From NCBI RefSeq assembly GCF_003334785.1, contig NZ_QOWV01000007.1: a DNA stretch of 64,000 bases; one strand, given 5' to 3'. The notes beneath the pieces were generated by a model. That model was not told the origin of the DNA. It saw only the letters and a program-made list of their open reading frames with translations, and ran no database searches. Positions within the stretch are counted from its first letter, which is position 1; each line of letters begins with the position of its first letter. Of the stretch, positions 10,017 to 21,944 are shown in pieces. Both the position numbers and the translations under genes were made by a program. Origin of the DNA: Escherichia coli. GTDB taxonomy: Bacteria; Pseudomonadota; Gammaproteobacteria; Enterobacterales; Enterobacteriaceae.

Positions 10017-10263
10017 TACGTATCAACCAATCAATTGTGATGATTACGATAATCTTGAGCTCGCCTGCCAGCATCATTTAATGCTGACACTTGAGCTGAA
10101 AGATGGCGAAAAATTGCAGGCAAAAGCCAGTGATTTAGTCTCCCGCAAAAATGTGGAGTACCTGGTCGTCGAGGCCGCTGGCGAAACCCGCGAGCTGCGT
10201 CTGGATAAAATTACCAGCTTTAGCCACCCGGAAATCGGTACGGTGGTGGTAAGCGAATCCTGA
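10009..10263 (+). CDS. rof: Rho-binding antiterminator Rof (YaeO)
   Basis: 84-aa ORF starting [17 protein letters not shown]; 8-bp overlap with yaeP. Confidence 0.9.
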
Positions 10264-10272
10264 TTGACTTTC

Positions 10273-10305
10273 GCCGGATGCGACGTTTGATGCGTCTTAT
10301 CCGGC
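10273..10305. repeat. REP-like palindrome, likely bidirectional terminator
   Basis: GCCGGATGCGACGTTTGATGCGTCTTATCCGGC between convergent rof and tilS. Confidence 0.7.
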
Positions 10306-10311
10306 TTTCAC

Positions 10312-11610
10312 TTAACTAAGCGTTTTCTGCCAGACAAAACTTACGCCATTCTCACCTTCAGCCACACCTTCTTGCGTCACAAATACCCCTGCCGCCGCAA
10401 TCAGCGTTTCGCCATAAAACAGCAGTGGCGTGGTGTCACGTAGCCACGGCGGCACGCCCAGCTCTTGCCAGATTTTCTTTAGCTTACGTCCGCCGTTACG
10501 CCCGACAATATGCAGCAATCCTGGCGCTTTGAAACGCACGCTGACCGCTTCGTCTGCACGCGGAGGGCGAATATCGCCTCCCGCATTAAGCTGTACACTT
10601 CCCAGCCCCGCCGGTAATTCCAGCGGTTGAAGCCACGTCTGCCACGGCACAATGTTTTCGCTTTGCCCGGTGACGGATTTAATCCACCACAGTTGCGACT
10701 GATAGCGTCGGATTTCAAACGCGCCCAAACGTAAACAGGGTGAGGCATCTTCCCGCGCCAGCGCCACTTCCTGCCAGATCCTCACCAACGCGTCGCGGGA
10801 AGGCATCGGTGCATTCTGCCCTGCCAGCCAGCGGCGGATAATCGCCGCGCGGCGGGCATCACTCATCGCCAGCATTGGCACAATCTGCAGCGTCCCCTGC
10901 GGCGATTGACAGTGTGCTAAATCATCTGCCAGCAGTTCATCCAGCAGGCTCTCTTGTTCAGCACAAAGTGCGGCGCTGCGGGCCGTTGCTTCGGCAAAAT
11001 GCGGCCAACGCTGCTGCAATAACGGCACTACGCGCAGGCGCAGAAAGTTACGATCGTATGAGTCGTCCTGATTACTTTCGTCTTCAATCCAGCGTAAATC
11101 ATACTGACGCGCCCACTGCACCAGTTCCCCCCGCGTGCGGGCGAGCAACGGGCGAATAAGCCGCGTTCCGGCAAACTCCGAGACTTCCGCCATAGCCGAA
11201 AGCCCGGCAGGGCCACTGCCGCGTTTTAGCGCCAGCAGAAAGGTTTCACATTGATCGTCGAGATGTTGCGCGGTGACCAGCACTTCACCGGGCAACAAGG
11301 TGCGGGCAAATGCCTGATAACGTGCCTGCCGCGCCTGGGCCTCAATGCCCAGTCCTTCTTGCGCAAGTTGTACGCGTTCGACCACCAGCGGCACCTGCCA
11401 CTGTTGGCAGACGTTTTCGCAATGCGTAACCCAGGCATCGGCATTGGCACTTAAACCGTGATGCACATGAATAGCGCGCAGAGCGACACCCGGATTTTCC
11501 GTCCGCCACTGCACCAACTGATGCAGCAGAACGGTGGAGTCAAGCCCGCCGCTAAAGGCCACCAGAATCTGGCGTGAGGTGAGAAGTTGTCTATTGAGCG
11601 TGAGTGTCAT
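10312..11610 (-). CDS. tilS: tRNA(Ile)-lysidine synthetase
   Basis: 432-aa ORF with PP-loop motif SGGLDS near the N-terminus. Confidence 0.95.
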
Positions 11611-11674
11611 GATGGTGCGATTTTACAGTAGCAATGCCCGGCACGTTACCGGGCAAATGCGGCGATGACAAGCC

Positions 11675-12064
11675 TTACTGCTCATACAGTTCCAACGGCA
11701 GCCCGTCCGGATCGTTAAAGAAGGTGAAGCGTTTTTGCGTGTATGGATCGACACGGATGGTTTCACACTTCACGTTATGGCTTTCAAGGTGCGCCACTGC
11801 CGCATCGATGTCATCAACGCTAAAAGCCAGATGACGCAGACCGCAAGCTTCCGGTCGGCTGGGTCGTTCCGGCGGGAACGGAAATGAGAAAAGCTCAATC
11901 ACATATTGCCCATTAAGCGCCAAATCCCCTTTCCATGAGTCGCGCGCTTCGCGATAGACTTCGCTTTGCAGCGTGAAACCAAGAATATCGCAGTAGAAAG
12001 CTGTGCTCACCGCATAATCCGTCGCAATAATCGCAATATGGTGAACCTGTTTTAAACCCAGCAT
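11675..12064 (-). CDS. yaeR: VOC/glyoxalase-family protein
   Basis: 129 aa from MLGLKQVHHIAI; ORF-track entry extended 9 codons upstream. Confidence 0.85.
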   Translation of the reverse strand: MLGLKQVHHIAIIATDYAVSTAFYCDILGFTLQSEVYREARDSWKGDLALNGQYVIELFSFPFPPERPSRPEACGLRHLAFSVDDIDAAVAHLESHNVKCETIRVDPYTQKRFTFFNDPDGLPLELYEQ

Positions 12065-12120
12065 AACGTCTCCTTTATTTGTTAACAGCACGTTACTCGC
12101 CCGGAAGCCGCTCTGGCAAG

Positions 12121-14262
12121 TTATCCCGCCATTTTTAGGACTCGTACGCGGTAAACGCCGTCTTCGTCCTGTTTCGCGCCGTGAATATCCGTTTCAAAAC
12201 CGGGGTAATGTTGCCCGACGGAACAAAGCATCAGTAGAAAATCGAGTACTGTGCGGCTCTCTTTGGTCAGCATTTCTCCAGGCATCAACAGCGGTACGCC
12301 CGGTGGATAAGGCAGGATCATATTTGCCGATACTCTACCGACCAGTTGTTCCAGCGCAATGGTTTCTACTTCGCCTTTAATTTGTCGTTGCCATGCCTGA
12401 TGTGGCGTCATGATCATCTCCGGCAAAGTATCGAATGCCCGCAACATCAAACCGGGAAGATCGTGTTTACGAATCAGCTTATGGATCCCTTGTGCCAGAT
12501 CCTGAATACGCATATTGCGGTAGAAATCGGGATCTTCTGCATAGAGATCGGGTAGCATATTTTTGATCCGCAGGTTGAGATCGTAAGAGCGTTTGAATTC
12601 CGTCAACCCACGCAATAATCCCATTGCTTTGGTTTTATCGATGCCAATACTAAAGAGAAACAGCAGGTTATAAGGGCCGGTTTTCTCTACTACGATCCCA
12701 CGTTCGTCGAGGAATTTTGCTACCAGCGCCGCCGGGATCCCCTCCTCGCTCATATTGCCCTGCTCGTCCATCCCCGGTGTCAAAATAGTGACTTTAACCG
12801 GATCGAGAAACATATGATCGGCATCCGCATCGTTAAAGCCGTGCCACTGTTCGCCAGGCGCAACGGGCCAGCATTCGGCTTCATCCACCTGCGGCGGTTG
12901 CCAGATATCGAAAAACCAACCGTCAGACTCTTCCCGCAGCCGCTGGACCTCTTTGCGAAAATGCAGAGCTCGTTCTACTGAACGGTTAATCAGCCGTTTG
13001 CCCGGATTACCACGCAGCATCGCCGCCGCCGTCTCAACCGAAGCAACAATGGGATAACTGGGCGAGGTGGTGGTATGCATCATAAAGGCTTCGTTAAAGG
13101 CCTCTTCGTCATACTCGCCTTTAATGTGGATCAGCGAAGCCTGCGATAACGCCGCCAGCATTTTGTGGGTCGATTGCGTTTCGAAGATCACTTTTCCCGC
13201 AACACGCTCGCCGCTCATACCACTTTTACCCTGGTAGATCGGATGAAAATGGGTGTACGGCACCCAGGCAGAATCGAAGTGAATCGACGGGACATCCAGC
13301 GTCTGTTTGATCCAGTCGGTGTTGTAGAGCAAGCCATCATAGGTGGAGTTGGTGATCACCGCATGAACCGGCCATTGTGCTTGCGTGGTAGCAGCGACTT
13401 TCTCTTCGATGCTGTCGCGAGTAAATTCACGGCGCGGGATCCCACCAAGAATCCCCAACGCATTACGCGTCGGTTTCAGCCAGACTGGCACTACATCGTT
13501 CATCATCAACAGATGCGCCAGCGATTTATGACAATTGCGGTCGATCAACAGCGTACTGCCGGATGGCGCGGCGTACATACCCACAATTTTGTTCGACGTC
13601 GATGTTCCGTTGGTAACGATATAACTCTGTTCCGCGCCAAAAGTCCGCGCGATGTACTCTTCCGCTTCCAGGTGTGGCCCGGTGTGGTCGAGCAACGAAC
13701 CAAGCTCGGTGACCGAAATAGAGACATCAGCCTTAAGAGTATTCCCGCCGAAAAAATCATAAAACAGACAGCCAACCGGGCTTTTTTGATATGCGGTGCC
13801 GCCCATATGCCCCGGCGTACAAAAGGTGTACTTCCGCTCTTTGACGTAGGTAAACAAGGCTTTCGTGAACGGCGGTGTAATGTTATCAAGATATTCGTCG
13901 GTGTACTGACGCATACGAATGGCGATATCTTCCGCCTGCCCCAGCGCATATTCAAAAAACCAGAGCGCCATCCGCATATCCTGCACGCTGACATCCATCG
14001 TCGAGTGGGTGTTGATGAAGGCATAAAGCGGGAGATATTCATTAAGCTGATTGATATCGCTACATAAATCGAGACTGTACTCATCCCAGTCAAAAATCAC
14101 GCCGCAAATTCGAGGGTTATGTTCGATAAATTTCAGCAAATCAACGCTGTTTTGTGGCCAGATAATCTGAAAGCCTTGCGCCACCAGCGCCGACTCCAGT
14201 TCTTTGATGGGCTCATCTTTATAAAAGACGCCATGCGGTCCCATAATGGCAATGATGTTCAT
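12121..14262 (-). CDS. ldcC: Lysine decarboxylase (PLP-dependent; constitutive paralog)
   Basis: 713-aa ORF with PLP-lysine motif STHK; located beside accA rather than in a cad operon. Confidence 0.95.
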   Translation of the reverse strand: MNIIAIMGPHGVFYKDEPIKELESALVAQGFQIIWPQNSVDLLKFIEHNPRICGVIFDWDEYSLDLCSDINQLNEYLPLYAFINTHSTMDVSVQDMRMALWFFEYALGQAEDIAIRMRQYTDEYLDNITPPFTKALFTYVKERKYTFCTPGHMGGTAYQKSPVGCLFYDFFGGNTLKADVSISVTELGSLLDHTGPHLEAEEYIARTFGAEQSYIVTNGTSTSNKIVGMYAAPSGSTLLIDRNCHKSLAHLLMMNDVVPVWLKPTRNALGILGGIPRREFTRDSIEEKVAATTQAQWPVHAVITNSTYDGLLYNTDWIKQTLDVPSIHFDSAWVPYTHFHPIYQGKSGMSGERVAGKVIFETQSTHKMLAALSQASLIHIKGEYDEEAFNEAFMMHTTTSPSYPIVASVETAAAMLRGNPGKRLINRSVERALHFRKEVQRLREESDGWFFDIWQPPQVDEAECWPVAPGEQWHGFNDADADHMFLDPVKVTILTPGMDEQGNMSEEGIPAALVAKFLDERGIVVEKTGPYNLLFLFSIGIDKTKAMGLLRGLTEFKRSYDLNLRIKNMLPDLYAEDPDFYRNMRIQDLAQGIHKLIRKHDLPGLMLRAFDTLPEMIMTPHQAWQRQIKGEVETIALEQLVGRVSANMILPYPPGVPLLMPGEMLTKESRTVLDFLLMLCSVGQHYPGFETDIHGAKQDEDGVYRVRVLKMAG

Positions 14263-14315
14263 GTGTTCCTCCTGGAAAATCCTTCCTTAATCATAGCCTG
14301 CTCAAACCGTGGCGA

Positions 14316-14346
14316 TAAAAAAGGGCCACCGAAGTGACCCTTTTTC
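14316..14346 (-). terminator. Intrinsic terminator after accA
   Basis: Minus strand AAAGGGTCACTTCGGTGGCCCTTTTTT hairpin plus U-run. Confidence 0.6.
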
Positions 14347-14360
14347 AGAACTTTTGCGAA

Positions 14361-15320
14361 TTACGCGTAACCGTAGCTCATCAGGCGCTGATAACGACGA
14401 TTTTTTAAATCTTCAGTGCTTAACACGTCGAGATCGGCCAGATCCGCCAGCAGTTGCGCTTTCAACGATGCCGCCATCGCTTCCGGGTTACGGTGAGCAC
14501 CACCCAGTGGTTCCGGGATGATGGAGTCGATCAGTTTCAGTTCTTTCAGACGCGGAGCAATGATACCCATCGCTTCAGCCGCCAGCGGCGCTTTGTCGGC
14601 GCTCTTCCACAGAATGGACGCACAACCTTCCGGCGAGATAACGGAATAGGTGCTGTATTGCAGCATATTCACTTTATCGCCCACGCCAATCGCCAGCGCA
14701 CCGCCAGAACCACCTTCACCGATAACCGTACAAACTACCGGTACGCCGAGGCGAGACATTTCACGCAGGTTGCGTGCAATGGCTTCAGACTGACCACGCT
14801 CTTCTGCGCCCACGCCAGGATAAGCCCCCGGGGTGTCGATAAAGGTGATGATAGGCATCTTAAAGCGTTCAGCCATTTGCATCAGACGCAGTGCTTTGCG
14901 GTAACCTTCTGGCGCTGGCATACCAAAGTTACGGCGAATTTTTTCTTTGGTTTCACGACCTTTTTGATGACCAATGATCATCACCGGACGACCATCGAGA
15001 CGGGCGATACCACCGACGATAGCTTTATCGTCTGCATACGCGCGGTCGCCAGCCAGTTCGTCAAATTCATCAAATGCCAGGCGAACGTAATCCAGGGTAT
15101 AAGGACGCTGTGGATGGCGTGCCAGTTGCGCAATCTGCCATGCACCGAGATCGGCGAAGATTTTACGTGTCAGTTCTACGCTTTTTTCACGCAGACGATG
15201 CACTTCTTCATCGATGTTAATATCCAGTTTCTCATCCTGACGGCTAACCGCAGTCAGAGAATCGATTTTCGCTTCCAGCTCTGCAATCGGCTGTTCAAAA
15301 TCAAGGAAATTCAGACTCAT
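14361..15320 (-). CDS. accA: Acetyl-CoA carboxylase carboxyltransferase alpha subunit
   Basis: 319-aa ORF; carboxyltransferase alpha sequence; 12 bp downstream of dnaE. Confidence 0.96.
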   Translation of the reverse strand: MSLNFLDFEQPIAELEAKIDSLTAVSRQDEKLDINIDEEVHRLREKSVELTRKIFADLGAWQIAQLARHPQRPYTLDYVRLAFDEFDELAGDRAYADDKAIVGGIARLDGRPVMIIGHQKGRETKEKIRRNFGMPAPEGYRKALRLMQMAERFKMPIITFIDTPGAYPGVGAEERGQSEAIARNLREMSRLGVPVVCTVIGEGGSGGALAIGVGDKVNMLQYSTYSVISPEGCASILWKSADKAPLAAEAMGIIAPRLKELKLIDSIIPEPLGGAHRNPEAMAASLKAQLLADLADLDVLSTEDLKNRRYQRLMSYGYA

Positions 15321-15332
15321 AGTATTCCTGTA

Positions 15333-18300
15333 TTAGTCAAACTCCAGTTCCACCTGCTCCGAACCAATGAGGCCACGGAGATCGTTTAATAAACGATCGC
15401 TCGGAGAGACACGCCACGTCGCGCCAAAACGCAACCGCGCGCGTGCATCCGCCCTCTGATAGTAGAGATGTACTGGAATTGTCCCAGAGCGGTGGGGTTC
15501 CAGAGACTGACGGAGTCGGTTTAAAAGCTGGTCATCAATTTGCCTGTCCGTCAGCGAGATAGCAAGCCCGCGAGCATATTTTTCCCGGGCTTCGTCAATA
15601 TCCATCACTTCGCGAGCGGTCATTTTAAGCCCACCGCTGAAGTCATCAAAGCTGACCTGTCCGCTGACGATAAGTATGCGGTCTTTTTCCAGCAATTGCT
15701 GGTATTTATCCAGGGCGTCAGTAAACAACATCACTTCCAGCCGCCCGGAACGGTCATCCAGCGTGCAGATACCGATACGATTGCCGCGCTTGGTGACCAT
15801 AACCCGCGCGGCAACAACGAGCCCCGCAGCCGTGATGACTTTACCACGTTCTGTCGGGTGCATGTCTTTCAGCCTTACGCCTCCGACATAACGCTCAATC
15901 TCTTTTAAATACTGGTTGATAGGGTGTCCGGTCAGGTACAGGCCTAACGTTTCACGTTCCCCATCTAATACCACCTGCTCCGGCCACGGTTGGCAGCTGG
16001 CGTAGGATTGTTCAATTTGTTCCGGCTCTTCGGCCAGCACGCCGAACATATCGGCCTGACCGATAGCTTCCGCTTTCGCGTGTTGATCTGCCGCTTTTAA
16101 CGCATCGCCCAGCGAGTTCATCAGCGCTGCGCGATGTGGCCCAAGACGGTCAAACGCCCCGGACATGATCAGTTTTTCCAGCACGCGACGGTTCAACTTT
16201 TTGGTGTCGGTACGGGCGCAGAGATCAAACAGTTCGCGGAAGTAGCCGCCTTTATTACGGGCTTCGATGATGGCCTCAATCGGACCTTCACCGACCCCTT
16301 TGATCGCGCCAATACCATACACGATTTCGCCGTCGTCGTTGACGTGGAAATGGTAAAGACCGGAGTTTATATCTGGTGGCAGGATTTTCAGCCCCATCCG
16401 CCAGCACTCATCCACCAGACCCACCACCTTCTCGGTGTTGTCCATATCGGCGGTCATTACCGCCGCCATAAACTCCGCAGGATAGTGCGCTTTCAGCCAT
16501 AACGTTTGATATGACACCAAAGCATAGGCCGCAGAGTGCGATTTGTTAAATCCGTAACCAGCGAATTTCTCCACCAGGTCGAAGATTTTCATCGCCAGTT
16601 CAGCGTTGATTCCGTTCTTTTCTGCACCTTCAGCAAATACAGAACGTTGCTTAGCCATCTCTTCCGGCTTTTTCTTACCCATCGCACGACGCAGCATATC
16701 CGCGCCACCGAGGGTATAACCAGAAAGCACCTGCGCAATCTGCATGACCTGTTCCTGATACAGGATAATGCCGTAGGTTGGCTCCAGTACCGGTTTCAGG
16801 CTTTCATGCTGCCACTGTACGTCCGGATAGGAGATCTCTTCACGACCATGTTTACGGTCGATAAAGTTATCCACCATCCCTGATTGCAACGGACCGGGGC
16901 GGAACAGTGCCACTAGGGCGATCATATCTTCGAAGCAGTCAGGTTGTAGACGCTTGATCAGGTCCTTCATGCCGCGCGATTCAAGCTGGAATACCGCCGT
17001 GGTTTCCGAGCGTTGCAGCATGTCGAAGCTTTTCTTATCATCCAGCGGGATCGCAGCGATATCCAGCGGCGGCTCGCCATTCTTCGCCCGCCGCTTGTTG
17101 ATCATCTCCAGCGCCCAGTTGATGATGGTGAGCGTACGCAAACCAAGGAAGTCGAACTTCACCAGTCCGGCGTATTCAACGTCGCTTTTATCAAACTGGG
17201 TGACCGGATGTTTGCCCTCTTCATCGCAGTAAAGCGGCGCAAAATCGGTAATTTTGGTCGGCGCGATAACCACCCCACCGGCGTGCTTACCGGCGTTACG
17301 GGTGACCCCTTCCAGTTTGCGCGCCATGTCGATCAGCGCCTTAACTTCTTCATCCGCTTCGTAGATTTCCGGCAGCTGCGGCTCGGCTTCAAACGCTTTC
17401 GCCAGCGTCATCCCCGGATCGGGCGGGATCAGTTTCGAGATACGATCGACAAAGCCGTACGGATGCCCCAGCACGCGGCCTACGTCGCGGATCACCGCTT
17501 TCGCCGCCATTGTACCGAAGGTGATGATCTGCGATACCGCATCACGACCGTACATGTCCGCTACGTGCTCGATAACCTGATCGCGTTTCTCCATACAGAA
17601 GTCAACGTCGAAGTCAGGCATGGAGACACGTTCCGGGTTAAGGAAACGTTCGAACAGCAGGTCAAATTCCAGCGGATCGAGGTCGGTGATTTTCAGCGCG
17701 TAGGCCACCAGTGAACCCGCACCGGAGCCACGGCCTGGCCCTACCGGTACGCCGTTATCTTTCGACCACTGGATAAATTCCATAACGATGAGGAAGTAGC
17801 CCGGGAAGCCCATCTGGTTGATAACCTGAAGTTCAGTCTCCAGACGTTCGTCATATTCCGGGCGGCGCTTAAGACGTTCTTCCTCATCAGGGAATAAAAA
17901 GGCCAGACGCTCTTCCAGGCCCTCTTTTGCACGCTTGACCAGATAATCTTCGGTGCTCATGTCCCCGGTCGGGAACTGCGGCAGGAAGTATTCACCAAGA
18001 CGCACGGTTACGTTACAGCGTTTGGCGATCTCAACGGTGTTGGCAAGGGCTTCGGGGATGTCGGCAAACAGCTCACACATCTCCTCTTCGCTACGCATAT
18101 ATTGCTGCGGCGAATAGTTACGCGGGCGTTTAGGATCGTCGAGGGTAAAGCCGTCGTGGATCGCGACGCGGATTTCGTGTGCGTCAAAGTCGCTGCTGTC
18201 GATAAAGCGCACGTCGTTGGTCGCCACGACGGGCAAACCGCGCGCTTCCGCCAGTTCCACCGCCGCGTGCAGATAGCTTTCTTCATCCGGCCTGCCGGTG

Positions 18301-18815
18301 CGGATCAGCTCGAGAAAATAGCGATCCGGGAAGTGTTCTTCATAAAACGCGACACACTCATCTACCAGCGCGCTGTTACCACGCAAAAGACTGCGTCCGA
18401 CGTCGCCCATGCGTCCGCCGGAAAGAAGGATCAACCCTTCGTTTAATTCGATAAGCCAGTCGCGATCGATGATCGGCCCGGCGGCACCGTACCCGCGCTG
18501 ATACGCTTTTGAGATCAGCAACGTCAGATTCTGATAGCCGGTATTGTTCGCCGCCAGTACCGTCAGGTGGGTTAACTCATCACCCAGCAGGTCGCACTGG
18601 ACGTTAAAATCTGCCCCGACGATAGGCTTAATCCCTGCGCCATGTCCCGCTCCGTAGAACTTCACCAGACCACAAAGGTTGGTGAAATCGGTGATCGCCA
18701 GTGCTGGCATACCCAACGCCGCCGCCTTTTTTACCAACGGTGCGGTTTTGGCCAGGCCATCGATCATCGAGTAGTCGCTGTGCACCCGCAGGTGTACGAA
18801 ACGTGGTTCAGACAT
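15333..18815 (-). CDS. dnaE: DNA polymerase III alpha subunit
   Basis: 1160-aa ORF with N-terminal PHP domain and Pol III alpha core. Confidence 0.97.
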   Translation of the reverse strand: MSEPRFVHLRVHSDYSMIDGLAKTAPLVKKAAALGMPALAITDFTNLCGLVKFYGAGHGAGIKPIVGADFNVQCDLLGDELTHLTVLAANNTGYQNLTLLISKAYQRGYGAAGPIIDRDWLIELNEGLILLSGGRMGDVGRSLLRGNSALVDECVAFYEEHFPDRYFLELIRTGRPDEESYLHAAVELAEARGLPVVATNDVRFIDSSDFDAHEIRVAIHDGFTLDDPKRPRNYSPQQYMRSEEEMCELFADIPEALANTVEIAKRCNVTVRLGEYFLPQFPTGDMSTEDYLVKRAKEGLEERLAFLFPDEEERLKRRPEYDERLETELQVINQMGFPGYFLIVMEFIQWSKDNGVPVGPGRGSGAGSLVAYALKITDLDPLEFDLLFERFLNPERVSMPDFDVDFCMEKRDQVIEHVADMYGRDAVSQIITFGTMAAKAVIRDVGRVLGHPYGFVDRISKLIPPDPGMTLAKAFEAEPQLPEIYEADEEVKALIDMARKLEGVTRNAGKHAGGVVIAPTKITDFAPLYCDEEGKHPVTQFDKSDVEYAGLVKFDFLGLRTLTIINWALEMINKRRAKNGEPPLDIAAIPLDDKKSFDMLQRSETTAVFQLESRGMKDLIKRLQPDCFEDMIALVALFRPGPLQSGMVDNFIDRKHGREEISYPDVQWQHESLKPVLEPTYGIILYQEQVMQIAQVLSGYTLGGADMLRRAMGKKKPEEMAKQRSVFAEGAEKNGINAELAMKIFDLVEKFAGYGFNKSHSAAYALVSYQTLWLKAHYPAEFMAAVMTADMDNTEKVVGLVDECWRMGLKILPPDINSGLYHFHVNDDGEIVYGIGAIKGVGEGPIEAIIEARNKGGYFRELFDLCARTDTKKLNRRVLEKLIMSGAFDRLGPHRAALMNSLGDALKAADQHAKAEAIGQADMFGVLAEEPEQIEQSYASCQPWPEQVVLDGERETLGLYLTGHPINQYLKEIERYVGGVRLKDMHPTERGKVITAAGLVVAARVMVTKRGNRIGICTLDDRSGRLEVMLFTDALDKYQQLLEKDRILIVSGQVSFDDFSGGLKMTAREVMDIDEAREKYARGLAISLTDRQIDDQLLNRLRQSLEPHRSGTIPVHLYYQRADARARLRFGATWRVSPSDRLLNDLRGLIGSEQVELEFD

Positions 18816-18851
18816 CTTCAGATTCCGGTTTACTTAATCTCGACACAAGAA

Positions 18852-19448
18852 TCAGGACGCAAGTCCCAGTGCGCGTTTGACAGGCCCAAAGCTGCGCCGA
18901 TGGTGTTCGGTCGCGCCGTGTTCAGCCAGTTTTTCCAGATGAAAAGCGGTTGGGTACCCTTTGTGTTGGGCAAAACCATATTGCGGGAAAACAATATCCA
19001 GCGCCGCCATTTCGGCGTCACGCGTCACTTTCGCCAGGATAGACGCGGCACTGATTTCCGGTACGCGGCTATCGCCTTTCACCACAGCCATCGCAGGCAT
19101 CGGTAATTTCGGGCAGCGGTTACCATCAATCAACACATATTCCGGCGCAATATGCAGCCCAGCGACGGCACGCTGCATCGCCAGCATGGTCGCATGAAGA
19201 ATGTTCAGCTCGTCGATTTCGTGGGGTTCCGCGCGGCCCAGACTCCAGCTCAACGCTTTCTCTTTGATCTCTTCATAGAGCGCCAGACGGCGTTTTTCGC
19301 TCAGCTTTTTAGAATCATTCAGCCCGGCAATCGGGCGCGCCGGGTCAAGGATCACCGCAGCGGTGACGACCGCGCCAACTAACGGCCCGCGTCCGACTTC
19401 ATCCACACCCGCAACCAGCTGCGTGTGCGGATAAACAAATTCGATCAT
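18852..19448 (-). CDS. rnhB: Ribonuclease HII
   Basis: 198-aa ORF; 4-bp overlap with lpxB. Confidence 0.95.
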
Positions 19449-20593
19449 TGTGCTAACTCCAGAACGGCTTGTGCCGCCTGCTCATCGGCATTGCAGCGGA
19501 TCTGCTGATGCAGTTCACGGAAGGTATCGTGCATCGCGTGGCTGGTTTTCCCGTTCGCCAACAGCGGTAACAGCGCCGCAGCCAGTTTTTGCGGCTCACA
19601 CTCTTCCTGCAATAATTCTTTGACTAACTCTCTGCCCGCCAGCAGATTTGGCAGCGAGACATAATCAGTTTTCACCAGCCGCTTCGCCAACCAGAAGGTA
19701 AAAGGCTTCATGCGATATCCCACCACCATCGGGCATTTCGCCAGCATACACTCCAGGGCTGCCGTACCCGACGCCAGTAGCGCCGCATCGCTGGCGACCA
19801 TCGCCTCACGGCCCATCCCATCCAGCAAATGAACTGAAAGGTCTGGCGCGACTTCAGCTTTGATGCGTTCAAACTGCTCGCGGCGTTTGGCATTCACCAG
19901 TGGCACCACGATTTCGAGATCCGGATATGTCTGGCGCAAAAGCTGGGCCGTTTTCAGGAAATCGGCACTAAGCATTTCAACTTCTGCACCACGGCTCCCC
20001 GGTAGCAACGCCAGGCAGTGGGCATCGTGAGGGATCCCCAGCACATCACGGGCGGCATTTTTATCTGGATCTAATGGCATGGCATCAGCCATGGTATGAC
20101 CGATAAAGCGGCACGGTACGTTGTATTTGTCATAAAACGCTTTTTCGAAAGGCAGAAATGCGAGCACCAGATCGGTGGCTCTGCCTATTTTGAAAACACG
20201 TTTCTGTCGCCACGCCCAGACTGACGGACTGACGTAATGAATGGTTTTGATACCCTGCTTTTTGAGGTTACCTTCAAGAGTAATATTGAAGTCAGGCGCA
20301 TCAATACCAACAAAAACATCTGGCTTCAGTTCGCCAAAACGCTTTGTCAGATCGGCACGAATATGCAGTAAGCGACGCAGACGACCGAGCACTTCAACAA
20401 TGCCCATCACCGCCAGTTCTTCCATTTCGTACCAGGCTTCGCAGCCTTCAGCCTGCATTCGTGGCCCGGCAACACCAACAAAGCGGGCGTTGGGCACATG
20501 TTCTTTCAGAGCGCGGATTAAACCGGCCCCCAGGATATCGCCGGAGGTTTCTCCGGCGACCAGGGCAATCGTTAATGGACGCTGTTCAGTCAT
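19445..20593 (-). CDS. lpxB: Lipid-A-disaccharide synthase
   Basis: 382-aa ORF; start shares one nucleotide with the lpxA stop (TAATG). Confidence 0.96.
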
Positions 20594-21381
20594 TAACGAA
20601 TCAGACCGCGCGTTGAGCGTGCAAAGAAATCGGTAAAGGCTTTCACTTCCGGATATGTTTCCGCCAGTTCAGCAATTTCCGGTTTCACTTCATCGAGCGT
20701 TTTACCGCTACGATAAATCAGCTTATACGCATTGCGGATAGCGGTAATCGCCTCACGGCTGAATCCGCGGCGCTTCAGCCCTTCGATATTGACACCGAAC
20801 GGCGTTGCGTGGTTACCCTGCGCAATGACATAAGGAGGGACGTCCTGCGCCACACCGGAGCAGCCGCCAACCATCACGTGCGCACCAATGATGCAGAACT
20901 GATGGACTGCGGTCATGCCGCCGATGATCGCGAAGTCGTCAACCGATACGTGACCCGCCAGCGTTGCGTTGTTGGCGAGAATACAGCGGTTACCTACCGT
21001 ACAATCGTGCGCAATGTGCGCGTTGATCATCAGTAAGTTGTCGCTGCCCACCTTCGTCAATCCACCGCCCTGGACTGTGCCACGATGAATGGTGACGCTT
21101 TCGCGAATGCGGTTACGATCGCCGATTTCCACACGGGTCGGTTCGCCAGCATATTTCAGATCCTGGTTAACTTCGCCGATGGAGGCGAACTGATAAATCT
21201 CATTATCGCGGCCAATTTTAGTATGACCATTCACGACAACGTGAGATTTCAGTACGGTACCCTCACCAATTTCGACATGGGGTCCAACGATACAAAAAGG
21301 ACCAATGTGTGCGTTCGCGCCAATTGACGCGCCCTCTTCCACAATGGCGGTTGGATGCACAAAGGCGGATTTATCAATCAC
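20593..21381 (-). CDS. lpxA: UDP-N-acetylglucosamine acyltransferase
   Basis: 262-aa ORF with left-handed beta-helix hexapeptide repeats. Confidence 0.96.
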
Positions 21382-21384
21382 GTA

Positions 21385-21840
21385 TCAGGCCTCCCGGCTA
21401 CGAGCACACATCATCGTTGCTTCGCAAACTACTTTACCATCGACCAGAGCAACCCCTTTAAAACGGGTCAGGCCGCGGCGCGTTTTTTCGAAAGTGACTT
21501 CCATGATCATTTGATCGCCAGGCACGACCGGGCGCTTGAAGCGCGCTTCGTCAATACCAGCGAAGTAGTACAGCTCACCCGGTTCCAGTTTTCCTACGCT
21601 TTTAAACGCCAGAATACCTGTTGCCTGTGCCATTGCTTCCAGAATCAGCACACCCGGGAAAATCGGTTTTCCAGGGAAATGGCCCTGGAAGAATGGCTCA
21701 TTGACAGAGACATTTTTTACTGCGCGCAGAAAACGACCTTCTTCAAAATCCAGCACGCGATCCACCAGTAAGAACGGGAAACGGTGCGGCAGAAGTTCTA
21801 AAATCTCTTCAATCTGCAGAGTATGAGTGTTAGTAGTCAA
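21385..21840 (-). CDS. fabZ: 3-hydroxyacyl-ACP dehydratase FabZ
   Basis: 151 aa from a TTG start (rc of window 21838-21840), preceded by AGGAAGAG; ORF-track entry extends 31 codons upstream to an ATG. Confidence 0.9.
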
Positions 21841-21944
21841 GATACTCTTCCTGTCAAAATATAAGAAACGACAATAATAACACGGCCTGCCGCAATCGTA
21901 AGAATGAGACAGGCCGTAAAGTTTGGCGAACAAAAGATGGAACG

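Noticed and set aside
13165-14067. 300-aa ORF antisense to ldcC
   Set aside because: Embedded antisense within a well-supported 713-aa gene; Arg-rich composition typical of an antisense frame; no independent signals.
14454-15389. 311-aa ORF antisense to accA and the dnaE 3' end
   Set aside because: Antisense shadow ORF spanning two well-supported genes; no RBS and biased composition.
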